Below, one piece after another: positions 52,437-64,000 of a DNA stretch of 64,000 nucleotides (the first letter of the stretch is position 1; each line of letters opens with the position of its first letter). The position numbers and the translations under genes were made by a program. The stretch is taken from NCBI GenBank assembly GCA_951406725.2, contig OX597825.1, forward strand, positions 25,048,001 through 25,112,000, given 5' to 3'. The notes under the pieces are model-generated. The model made no database searches. It was not told where the DNA came from and worked only from the letters and a program-made list of their open reading frames with translations. Origin of the DNA: Octopus vulgaris (Eukaryota).

Positions 52437-55331
52437 AACCCCCACCATTCCCTGCAGTATACTCTCTGCACAACTCACACAGCACACACCCCACACCAGT
52501 TGTTCTTGGTCTCTGGTAGCTCAGCCTCCACTTTTACCAAAAAAACATTTTACAAATGTCCCCAAGCTAATTATTCTGCTAATTATTCTGTGTAGTTGTT
52601 TATTATCCAATATGTTCTGTTACTAATTCCATCCAGTAAGTATTATTCTTTTACTTGTTTCAGTTTCAATCATTTGACTGCAACCATGCTGGAGCACTGC
52701 TTTAAGTCAAACAGGTCGACCCCAGGACTTATTCTTTGTAAGCTTAATACTTATTCTATAGGTCTCTTTTGCCAAATTGCTAAGTTATGAGGATGTAAAC
52801 ACACCAACACCAGTTGTGAAGCAATAGTGGAGAGGACAAACACAGACAAACTAGCATATACATACACACACATATACAATGGGCTTCTATCAGTTTCCTT
52901 CTACCGAATCCACTCACTGGTTGGCCTGAGGTTATAGTAGAAGACGCTTGCCTGAGGTGCCACACAGTAGGACTGAACCCGGAACCATGTGGTTGGGAAG
53001 CAAGATTCTTAACACACAGCCCACAGCCATGCCTGCACCTACTGTATTTTTTAGACGGATGTGTTGAATAGTTCCTCTATGTTAAGTTTTTATAGAAATT
53101 ACTAAAGACAGAGAGAATATGTATAATGAAATAACATTGGACCTAGACACGTCTTCAGTTATGCTTCTGCTTACATTCTAGTCTCACCAATGATTTTTTT
53201 TAACAGAAAATCTTTTTAAAGTATAAATATTGTTTGTACCTGGTTTAAATATTTTATTTCTAAGAAACAAAAATCACAAGCACCCCATAAACACCCAACA
53301 CCTCTCTATAGTACCCCCCTTTGTACTTGCTGCTCCTTTAATAGCTCACAATATTCCCAAGGAGGCCCATACAGCCAGGTTAAAAAACCCAATGCTCTCA
53401 AGAATTACCATTAAATAAGATAGCACAATCCACATAGCCCATAGTCTCTTAAAGAGAGTTCTTGAAGAATCCCAAAATTTCATGAAAAATGGTAAAAATT
53501 CAATAAAATTCTTTGTTATAAAACAATTGCTATTCACTATTTTCAAAACAACAAATTGCCTTTCTTTTTTTATATAAATGAATAAATTCTCTCTCCAAGA
53601 CAATTTTTGTTTAATTTAATGTATTATTAAAATCAGGGTGGTGGTGGTGGTGGTAGGGTTACCTATAAAACAGGTGTGGCTTCTGTGACTTGTAGGAAAT
53701 TGTACAAAGTTTTGGGAACCAGCACTAAATTACTTTCTTCTTCATATATGTGTATATATATATATATATAATTACTACGTATGTGAATTAAACAGGCTTA
53801 ATATATTACAAATTTGCACAAGCTGACATCTGATGCTGTACTCAACAGGAGGAGGAAGATTTCAATAAAGACTAAAAGTTACATCTTGAAAGAAAAAAAA
53901 AAAAAGAAAACCATCAGATGGAATTATCAATAAGTCTCAAATTTTTGTTTTATTTTTATCCTATTTTTTTTTATTTACCAGCAAATAATTTTTAATCACC
54001 AGCAAATAATTACTAGAATGCATTCATTAAAATACATAATGTGAAATATTAAAGAGAATTGATTAGGTTAGTTAGCATTAATTATTAGTAATGACCATTG
54101 ATTAGCTTAAAGTCAGCTCTGATTGAGTATGCCTATAATCCAAGCCACTCCAGCTATGGCGACCCAACCAATTTGTATATTGAGGACTACGTTGTCCAAT
54201 GTCTTCTTCCTTTTAAGGTGGCAGGGTGAAACTTAGCTGCTATTTCTAGTTGTTTGAGCAACCATATACAGTTTGGGCTTTAATTAATAATGGTTTCTTA
54301 ATTTGGTAACAAACCTGTTAATGTTGTTGTTTAACCCCAGGTCAAACAGAGGTTTGGATTCATATTATCCATTATCATCTTATGGTGTTTTTTTTTTTTG
54401 TAAAGGGTTCCCAAGACTACATTATCTAATGTTACTTTCTGTCTTTGTAAAGTTGGTAGGATGTGACTTGGCAGGTAATTTGGTCGCTGTTTCTATCGGG
54501 TCAAGCAACAAAATGTTCAGAGAGGCCTTTCAATGACAACAAAGGTTTAAAGAAAAAAAAATATATATATTCTCTTTTACTCTTTACTCTTTTACTTGTT
54601 TCAATCATTTGACTGCGGCCATGCTGGAGCACCGCCTTTAATCGAGCAACTCGATCCCGGGACTTATTCTTTTGTAAGCCCAGTACTTATTCTATCGGTC
54701 TCTTTTGCCGAACCGCTAAGTAACGGGGACATAAACACACCAGCATCGGTTGTCAAGCAATGCTAGGGGGACAAACACAGACACACAAACACATACACAT
54801 ACATACATATATATATATATATATACGACAGGCTTCTTTCAGTTTCCATCTACCAAATCCACTCACAAGGCTTTGGTCGGCCCGAGGCTATAGTAGAAGA
54901 CACTTGCCCAAGGTGCCACGCAGTGGGACTGAACCCGGAACCCGGAACCATGTGGTCGGTAAACAAGCTACTTACCACACAGCCACTCCTGCGCCTATAT
55001 ATATATATAAAAGAAAAGAAAAAAGAATAAAAATGAGGAAAATAGTTTCAAGATTGTCTTATTACATTGTTGCTGAACCAAATTCTCTTCTTTTCCAGGT
55101 GCACCAGGCACAGATGGAGCCAAATGTTAGCACTTTCTTTTCCTAAACGAACCAGATAAGATATCAAATGGCAGCTGTCTTTCGGGAATGAGAGCATTGC
55201 TTTCAACTGTCATTTGCATGTGCACATTGTGGTGGTGGTGGTAAGGTGGTGGGGGAGGAGTCTATCACTACTGCTACCGCTGCTGTTGCTTTTTGTCGGT
55301 CAAGCACAATTGTTGCCTTTAGAGATCCACT

Positions 55332-55369
<38 letters not shown>

Positions 55370-55558
55370 TGGGGAAAGCAAGATAATCCACCAATACCAC
55401 CCACAAAAATCACAGAAAACTACAGAAAAATAATTGTTTCTTGCGATGACGACGACGATGACGATGATGATGATGATGAGGAGAATTTCAACTTTCTGCC
55501 GCAAGGGCAGCATAGGGGAGGGGGGATGAGTTGATTAAGTTTATTGAATTTTTAAACT

Positions 55559-55723
55559 CCAATTTCTCGCAAATCTAAATATTCACTGCGTCCAATTTGT
55601 CACAAATTTAAATATTCACTGCATCCAATTTGTCACAAATTTAAATATTCACTGCGTACAATTTCTCGCAAATTTAAATATTCACTGTGTCCAATTTGTC
55701 ACAAATTTAAATATTTATTGCAT
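55559..55723. repeat. 33-bp minisatellite x5
   Basis: Unit ccaatttgtcacaaatttaaatattcactgc(a/g)t. Confidence 0.9.
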
Positions 55724-57534
55724 TCACTGTGGAGTATTCCATTTTCATTTGCAAAGTCTCTCACTTTCTCTTTTAAGTTTTAATTCGCTATTAAAAAAAG
55801 GCAAGTGACTTGATCTGAGATTGTGTGCTGAAACAAAAACAATTGTGTGAAAATATTTTTGTTGTTGAAGTTTTGTGAAGTTTTGCCAGTGAATAGATTG
55901 CAGTTTCAAAACAACAAAAACACCTCCATAAAGTTTTGCAGTTTCAAAACAACAAAAACACCTCCATAATTTTTTTTTTAAATCACTGTAGATAAATGCC
56001 AGCAATGACCTCCTCAGGCTCTCCAATACTTTAATTTCTAAAGAGAAACAATCAGGGGCAGGGAGTGGGGTTGCAAAAAATTCATAATTTCTCACATTTC
56101 TTTTATAGCACATAAATGTATTTATGGGAAAAAAATTTTGAAAAGCATCAATACATACAAGAGTGATAAAGAAACGAGGAGGGTTGTCTTTGGATGTACT
56201 TTTAGTACCAAATCACACTTAAATCACTTTTCCCTCCGAAAATATTAACATTTTTTTTTTTTATTCTCTTACCGAAAATGCTCTTCTCATGGTTTTAAAG
56301 TGCAAAAAATGTTGGCCAAAATAGGTCTAGAGTGGGATGATGAGGGAAGGGGGTGTAAAAAAAAAAAAACGAATTTTCAAAACAAAGATGCCCCCCAACC
56401 CCATCATTTCAGAAGCTGTGGTTTAAAAAAAATGGAGAAAATCCTCGAAAAAACTTTCCCTACAAATTTTTTTATAATCATAATCTATGTCGCTTGAAAG
56501 GGATTTATATAAATTTTCATTAAAAGATACCCGTCTTCCTGAAAGTTAGGGAAAAAAAGTCAGATCATGTGAATTTTCTGAAACTTCTCTCTCCACCCCC
56601 TTGCAAATATTCTTTCCCATAAATCTCTATATACTCCGAAGCAACAACATCTAAGTGGTACTGGTAGAAAATTTTGTTAAAAAGTATCCATTTTTCTGGA
56701 TGTTATGAGACAACAAAGTCAGTGGTGTACATATCTGTAGTAATGCCCCTTTATTTATACGATTTTTAAAATAATTTCATGTTCATTTCATTCATTGTTT
56801 GCAATGTTCTCTTACAGATGGGTTGCTGTAAAGCTTACAGATGGGCTGCTGAATTGAAATCTCTATGTTGCTTTGAGGGGATGGTAAAACTTGACAAAGT
56901 GCTTTTCCCTCTGTTGTTGGACTACTGTGATGTTTGTTTAAAAAAAGAGAGATTATGACTGTGATAAAATAATGAAGGCAATATTTACTAAGCAAGCGAA
57001 CACTATTATGCAAAGAAATAATTAGATGTACAATATAAAAATTATTAGAAATTGGAATCAAACGTGAAAATATTATCAAGGGGCTAGCAGAAAGACTATA
57101 TCTAGAATTACATGAAGCAATTTGTTCTAAGAGATAAATGATACCACAAAAGCCAGCCAAGTGAGATTACTATGGCTGGAACTTTCTCAGGGTTAAATAG
57201 CAATGACAATACACTCCTCTTATCAGTGGAAGGCCATAAACAATTCTTTATCTTCTCTTCTCTTTTTATATCTTCAATAAAACAAATAAATCAACTCTAG
57301 TAACATCTTTTTCTTTTCAAGCTCCCCACCCACACACACACACACTACCACCACCATACTTAATTTCAATGGATCTCTTTTGCAGAACAACTGAGTAACA
57401 GGGATAAAACAAATGAACACCCAGTTGCCAAGTGATGGAGGAAGAGGACAAAAACACACATACACACACACGAACACACACACACACGAACACACACACA
57501 CACAAAGGTAAAAGAGCCCTTAACTAGTCACAGA

Positions 57535-57738
57535 CTCTTTTACTTGTTTCAGTCATTTGACTGCGGCCATGCTGGAGCACCACCTTTAGTCGAGCAACTC
57601 AACCCCGAGACTTATTCTTTTTGTAAGCCCAGTACTTATTCTATCGGTCTCTTTTTGCCGAACCGCTAAGTGACAGGGACGTAAACACACCAGCATCGGT
57701 TGTCAAGCAATGCTAGGGGGACAAACACAGACACACAA

Positions 57739-57776
<38 letters not shown>

Positions 57777-59954
57777 ATATATACGACAGGCTTCTTTCAG
57801 TTTCCGTCTACCAAATCCACTCACAAGGCATTGGTCGGCCCGGGGCTATAGCAGAAGACACTTGCCCAAGATGCCACGCAGTGGGATTGAACCCGGAACC
57901 ATGTGGTTGGTTAGCAAGCTACTTACCACACAGCCACTCCTGCGCCTATGACTCTGAGAAACTTGAGTCCACATATTTAACAGAATAGAGTAGGAGACAG
58001 GAACTTAGAACATAGAGGATCAGTGCGCTACCACCTGGTTTCTGCCAACCAAATACACTCACAAGGCATTGGTTAAGCCCCAGGCTACAGTAGAACAAAG
58101 ACACTTGCCCAAGGTACCATGTAGTGGGACTGAACCCAAAACCATATGGTTGCAAAGTAAATTTCTACACAACACAGCTGTGCCAGCAACTACTTAAAAA
58201 AGTTTTTATTGTTGTGGTTGTTGTTGTTGTTTCTGCACAGTTTACTCCAAGAAGGAAGGCTGGTGCCCACAACACTCTCGTAGTTTTTTTTTGCTAAACC
58301 GAGTGCTAAGTGGAGCCCGAAATGCCTGCACTAGTGTTGACCTTACTGAAGGCAGTCAGAATCCAGTCAGATGGGGATGTTAAACTAGATTCTGGACCAC
58401 ATATACAATCCAAGAACATGTACAACCTCACTGGAAGGTTTCCACAGTAGTTTCCGCCTTCAGGGCCACCCAGGGGCAATGGCAGGTAGAAGACACTTGC
58501 CCCCAAGTCTGTCAATGTGTAAAGGTGGGCACAACCAATCTCTCTCTCTTTTCTCTTTTACTACTTGTTTCAGTCATTTGACTGTGGCCATGCTGGAGCA
58601 CCACCTTTTAGTCGAGCAACTCGACCCCGGGACTTATTCTTTTTGTAAGCCCAGTACTTATTCTATCGGTCTCTTTTTGCCGAAGCTAAGTAACGGGGAC
58701 GTAAACACACCAGCATCGGTTGTCAAGCAATGCTAGGGGGACAAACACAGACACACAAACATACATATATACATATACATATATACGACAGGCTTCTTTC
58801 AGTTTCCGTCTACCAAATCCACTCACAAGGCATTGGTCGGCCCGGGGCTATAGCAGAAGACACTTGCCCAAGATGCCACGCAGTGGGACTGAACCCGGAA
58901 CCATGTGGTTGGTTAGCAAGCTACTTACCACACAGCCACTCCTGCGCCTATGACTCTGAGAAACTTGAGTCCACATATTTAACAGAATAGAGTAGGAGAC
59001 AGGAACTTAGAACATAGAGGATCAGTGCGCTACCACATGGTTTCTGCCAACCAAATACACTCACAAGGCATTGGTTAAGCCCCAGGCTACAGTAGAACAA
59101 AGACACTTGACCAAGGTACCATGTAGTGGGACTGAACCCAAAACCATATGGTTGCAAAGTAAATTTCTACACAACACAGCTGTGCCAGCAACTACTTAAA
59201 AAAGTTTTTATTGTTGTGGTTGTTGTTGTTGTTTCTGCACAGTTTACTCCAAGAAGGAAGGCTGGTGCTCACAACACTCTCATAGGTTTTTTTTTTGCTA
59301 AACCGAGTGCTAAGCGGAGCCCAAAATGCCTGCACTAGTGTTGACCTTACTGAAGGCACTCAGAATCCAGTCAGGTGGTGATGTTAAACTAGATTCTGGA
59401 CCACATATACAATCCAAGAACATGTACAACCTCACTGGAAGGTTTCCACAGTAGTTTCCGCCTTCAGGGCCACCCAGGGGCAATGGCAGGTAGAAGACAC
59501 TTGCCCCCAAGTCTGTCAATGTGTAAAGGTGGGCACAACCAATCTCTCTCTCTTTTCTCTTTTACTTGTTTCAGTCATTTGACTGTGGCCATGCTGGAGC
59601 ACCGCCTTTTAGTCGAGCAACTCGACCCCGGGACTTATTCTTTTTGTAAGCCCAGTACTTATTCTATCGATCTCTTTTGCCGAACCACTAAGTAACGGGG
59701 ACATAAACACACCAGCATCAGTTGTCAAGCAATGCTAGGGGGACAAACACATACACACAAACACATACATATATATATATACATATATATGACAGGCTTC
59801 TTTCAGTTTCTGTCTACCAAATCCACTCACAAGGCATTGGTCGGCCCGGGGCTATAGCAGAAGACACTTGCCCAAGATGCCACGCAGTGGGACTGAACCC
59901 GGAACCATGTGGTTGGTTAGCAAGTTACTTACCACACAGCCACTCCTGCGCCTA
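57535..59954. repeat. ~1.0-kb tandem duplication (SINE-spacer-SINE-spacer-SINE)
   Basis: 57948-58555 and 58950-59558 are near identical with a 1002-1004 bp period, bounded by three same-orientation family-1 SINEs. Confidence 0.9.
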
Positions 59955-60846
59955 TTTTATTCTTTTATTCTTTTTTTGTTTTTGCGAGAAGACTAGAATG
60001 GGTAACGAGAGAATGACTAGTGAGGGTTAATTAACCAGGTACAAATTGAGTCTACCATATAAATAAGACAATGTTTCCTTCTTGAGCCATGCCAGGCTAA
60101 TGAGGGCCAGTTTCCCCATTTCTGTGGCGTATATATTCCCCACCTGGATGGGACACCGGTCCGTCGCAGGATTGTTCATTTCTGCCAGCTGAGTAGACTG
60201 GCGCAAAATGAAATGAAGTGTTTTGCTCAAGAACACAATGAATCACCCAGTCCAGGAACTGAAATCACAATCTTAGAATCATGAGTTCGACACACTAACC
60301 ACTAAGCCGCGCGCCTCCACTATACTGTATAAACGGTTCAAACTGAATTCATTAAAGTAAGCATAAGCATACAATATTTGCTGGTTACAAAAAACGAGAA
60401 ACAAGGGAAGGGAGAAACAGATAATATACAGAACAAGATTCGAACCAATGAGGGAAAGCAAATTTAAGGCTGCTTGATTTGCTAGAAATAACAGCTAAAT
60501 CTACCATCTTCAAAAAGTTGAAAGGCACAACTGGTGAAAACCGACTTCCAAGGAGAGTGTACCTATGCAGAAATTTTTAATTTTATTCCACCGTCATAGT
60601 TATTTCTGGGTATTATTGTGTCCCCCACCCCAAAGAAAAAGGACCAGTAGTCATAACTAGAATGTGTTTGATCATAGATGTGTCCTCAAATTAAACAACA
60701 AAATATGGCTTAATTAATATAATGTATTACATCACAATACATAGACAATGAAGTGTGTGTGTGTGTGTGTGTGTGTAAAGACAAAACAAAACAATGGTGA
60801 TGATAATAATATCAATAACAACAACAATGATAAATGAAAAGCTTAC

Positions 60847-60867
60847 TTTAGCTTCACTGCTTGACAT
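60847..60867 (-). CDS. SLC35A4: Putative first coding exon of SLC35A4-like gene (MSSSEAK)
   Basis: Minus strand reads ctaacATG TCA AGC AGT GAA GCT AAA|gtaagc. This is a strong phase-0 donor, matching the phase-0 acceptor of exon 20295-20386. Possible acceptor (ttag) just above 60913. It implies a ~40.5 kb intron and has no homology support at this length. Confidence 0.5.
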
Positions 60868-61638
60868 GTTAGCCGTAAGAAAAGAAGGAAAATAGTCTCT
60901 TCACTTTAGAGAACTAAGATTTATATTTTTAAGACACTAGACAAATGCACACACACACAGACACAGACACACACACTCACACACACACACACACTCACAC
61001 ATACACACTCGCTCATGCACATATGAGTTTTGAAAGAGAAAAAATAGAGAAATGAGAACAAGGCAGTAAGGTAGGAGGAGGAGAGTAAGAAAGAGAGAGG
61101 TGGGTAAGAGGGAGAGAGAGGTGGACTAGAGGGAGGGTTGAAGCAGAGAGGGGAGAGGGAGTCTTTAGGAGTGTGGAAAAGCAAAGCTAAGAAAGTGAGT
61201 GTTATAAAGGCATACTTACATAAATATGCCCCGCAACTTTGTTTCCTCATAACTTACAGAAAAAATGTTTTTTTGTTGTTTTTTTTTTGTTTTTGAAATT
61301 TTCTACAAAGTCACTTTAGATGGTGTAGATTCCAATTATACTGGAATCTGTAGTGGAAACAATTTTTGGAGGTGGGCGTAGGAGTTTCGGAAAATTCACA
61401 GAAGTCAGATTTGTTTCCTCAAAACTTTCAGAAATATTCTTTTACTTGTGTCAGTCATTTGACTGCGGTCCTGCTGGAGCACCGCCTTTTAGTCAAGCAA
61501 ATCGACTCCAGGACTTATTCTTTGGAAGCCTAGTACTTATTCTATCGGTCTCTTTTGCCGAACCACTAAATTACAGGGACGTAAACACACCAGCATCGGT
61601 TGTCAAGCGATGTTGGGGGGACCAAACACAGACACACA

Positions 61639-61678
<40 letters not shown>

Positions 61679-64000
61679 TACGACGGGAGTCTTTCAGTTT
61701 CCGTCTACCAAATCCACTCACAAGGCTTTGGTTGGCTCGAGGCTATAGTAGAAGACACTTGCCCAAGGTGCCACGCAGTGGGACTGAACCTGGAACCATG
61801 AGGTTGGTAAGCAAGCTACTTACCACACAACCACTTCTGTGCCTATAAATAGGAGTATTTTTGAGTGAAATTTTCTACAAACGCCTTTCAGATGGTGTAG
61901 ATTACAATTATATCAAAATTTAATAAGTGAAACAAAAATTGGTGGGTGTGCACACATAGATACTGATACACATCACATATGTGATGGTATGATCTTGTGA
62001 TGACTGTAACCAAACTGTGCTGGTATGGTCAGAGACTGAGACACCTGGTGGCTTGCTGTGCTTGAGAAGACACGTCACGCTGAGTGATATCATGGTTGTC
62101 CTTGCACACAAGCATATCCCCTATATCCCTCTTCATCTGAGCCTTCCTAATCTTGTTGTTGTTAAGCAATAAGACAGGTAAGGGTGATTAGGTGATGGTC
62201 TAAGGCTTAGGGGCGGGAGACCCCAGACCTTGGAGAAAAAAAACTTTGGTCGTCTTGTAGTCGAGGGCTCTTCGTTGATGCCCGACACCACTGGGAGGTG
62301 GCCCTCGAAATGGAGATCTCCAGGTCCAAATTCTTGGATAGCTTCCTAATCTTGTGGACCCATGGGTGCTGGTGCCATGTAAAAAGCACTCGTACTGGTT
62401 TCACGTAAAAGTGCTCACACTGGTGCTGCATAAAAGCAACCAGTAAACTCTGTGAAGTGGTTGGCATTAGGAAGGGCACCAATCCAAAACAGACATAGGG
62501 TTCAGATAGTTCTTCAGCTGGTCAGCTTTTGTCTAACTGTCCAACCCATACCAGTAAGGAAAATGGATATTAAATGATGATGATGATGAAAGTCATCATC
62601 ACCATCATCATCATCGTTTAACGTCCGCTTTCCATGCTAGCATGGGTTGGACGGTTCTACTGGGGTCTGGGAAGCCAGGAGGCTGCACCAGGCCCAATCT
62701 GATCTGGCAGTGTTTCTACAGCTAGATGCCCTTCCTAAGGCCAACCACTCCGTGAGTGTAGTGGGTGCTTTTTACATGCCACCGGCACGGAGGCCATCTG
62801 AAAAAATTGTGATATGCATCAGAATGTATGTGTATGTCTACCATTTTTTCCTTCCACATTAAATTCCAGCATAATCATAATCGATACAACCTGAAAGATA
62901 TATATTTTTTTATTTTTTATAATTTTTTTAGTTGTTTCAGTCATTTGACTGTGGCCATGCTGGAGCACCGCCTTTAGTCGAACAAATCAAACCCCAGCAC
63001 TTGTTCTTTGTAAACCCAGTACTTATTCTATCGGTTTCTTTTGCTGAACCACTAAGTGACGGGGATGTAAACACACCAATATCGGTTGTCAAGTGATGGT
63101 GGAGGGGTAAACAGACACACTAATACATACACACACACACGCACACATACATAAACACACACACACACATACACTAGCAGAGAGATACCCGGCCTTGCTC
63201 GGGCTTAAAATGGCAAAGTTTTTTTTATTGTTTTACTTGTTTCAGTCAATGTGACAGTGGCCATGCTGGGGCACCGCCACCGGTTGAACAAATCAACCAC
63301 AGGATTTATTCTTTGAAAGCCTAGTACTTCTTTTTATCAGTGTCTTTTGCCGAACCACTAAGTTATGGGAACGTAAACACAACAACATTTGTAGTCAAGG
63401 AATGGTGGTGGTGGGGGGGTACAAACACAGACACACACACAGAGAAATATACACATATATACGACAGTCTTCTTTCAGTTTCCGTGTACGAAATCCACCC
63501 AAGTTAGGGTGCTAAAACCACATGTTATGTGTTTTGACAAAATAACACGGGTTATCCAATCTGAGGACTAAAATCCCTTTTGCATGAGTAATATGGTGGA
63601 TAAGAAGTCCTGATTTTTTAAGTAAGTTGAGGCTCACATGCGCCGCCCCGACTGGCCGCCGTGCTGGTGGCACGTAAAAAGCACCATCCAATCGTGGCCG
63701 TTTGCCAGCGTCGTCTTGCACCTGTGCAGGTGGCACATAAAAAGGACCCACTACACTCACAGAGTGGTTGGCGTTAGGAAGGGCATCCAGCCATAGAAAC
63801 ACTGCCAGATCAGACTGGGCCTGGTGCAGCCTTCTGGCTTCCCAGACCCCAGTTGAACCGTCCAACCCATGCTAGCATGGAAAATGGATGTTAAATGATG
63901 ATGAAAAGACTGATACAAGATCCTGGACCTTCTATAAGAGTTTAAGGTTAACTTAACGCAAATCTGAACTCCAAAGTATTCGCAAGTTAAGAGGAGGTGA

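Noticed and set aside
55559-55723. 33-bp repeats of CRISPR-like length
   Set aside because: Head-to-tail with no spacers, in a eukaryotic context: a minisatellite.
40-63865. Recurrent ORFs such as MLAWVGRF.., [21 protein letters not shown].., YIYIYI, CVCVCV
   Set aside because: Translations of SINEs, RTE 3' UTRs and microsatellites, not genes.

Overview
AT-rich, microsatellite-dense eukaryotic DNA whose repeat content suggests an Octopus-type cephalopod (inference). One protein-coding gene is present on the minus strand: the N-terminal half of an SLC35A4-type nucleotide-sugar transporter. Five internal exons with consistent GT-AG boundaries and phases lie at 20295-20386, 18951-19056, 10943-11107, 2807-2865 and 1230-1292, and a likely first coding exon is at 60847-60867; the rest of the gene is left of the window. 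Nearly everything else is intron filled with tRNA-derived SINEs, RTE LINE fragments, Helitron-like, piggyBac-like and hAT MITEs, a mariner relic, a Chapaev/CMC-like transposase relic and local duplications. Most ORFs in the supplied track are repeat or microsatellite artefacts. The main discovery is a set of sequence-unrelated, non-coding fold-back elements inserted in (TA)n tracts, several of them circularly permuted monomers. They carry type I hammerhead ribozyme motifs with palindromic stem III, typical of Penelope-like elements and retrozymes. The best example is a 356-bp monomer array at 24056-25251 whose hammerhead has a compensatory U3-A8 core (UUGAUAA). All structures were read by eye; none was computed or tested.
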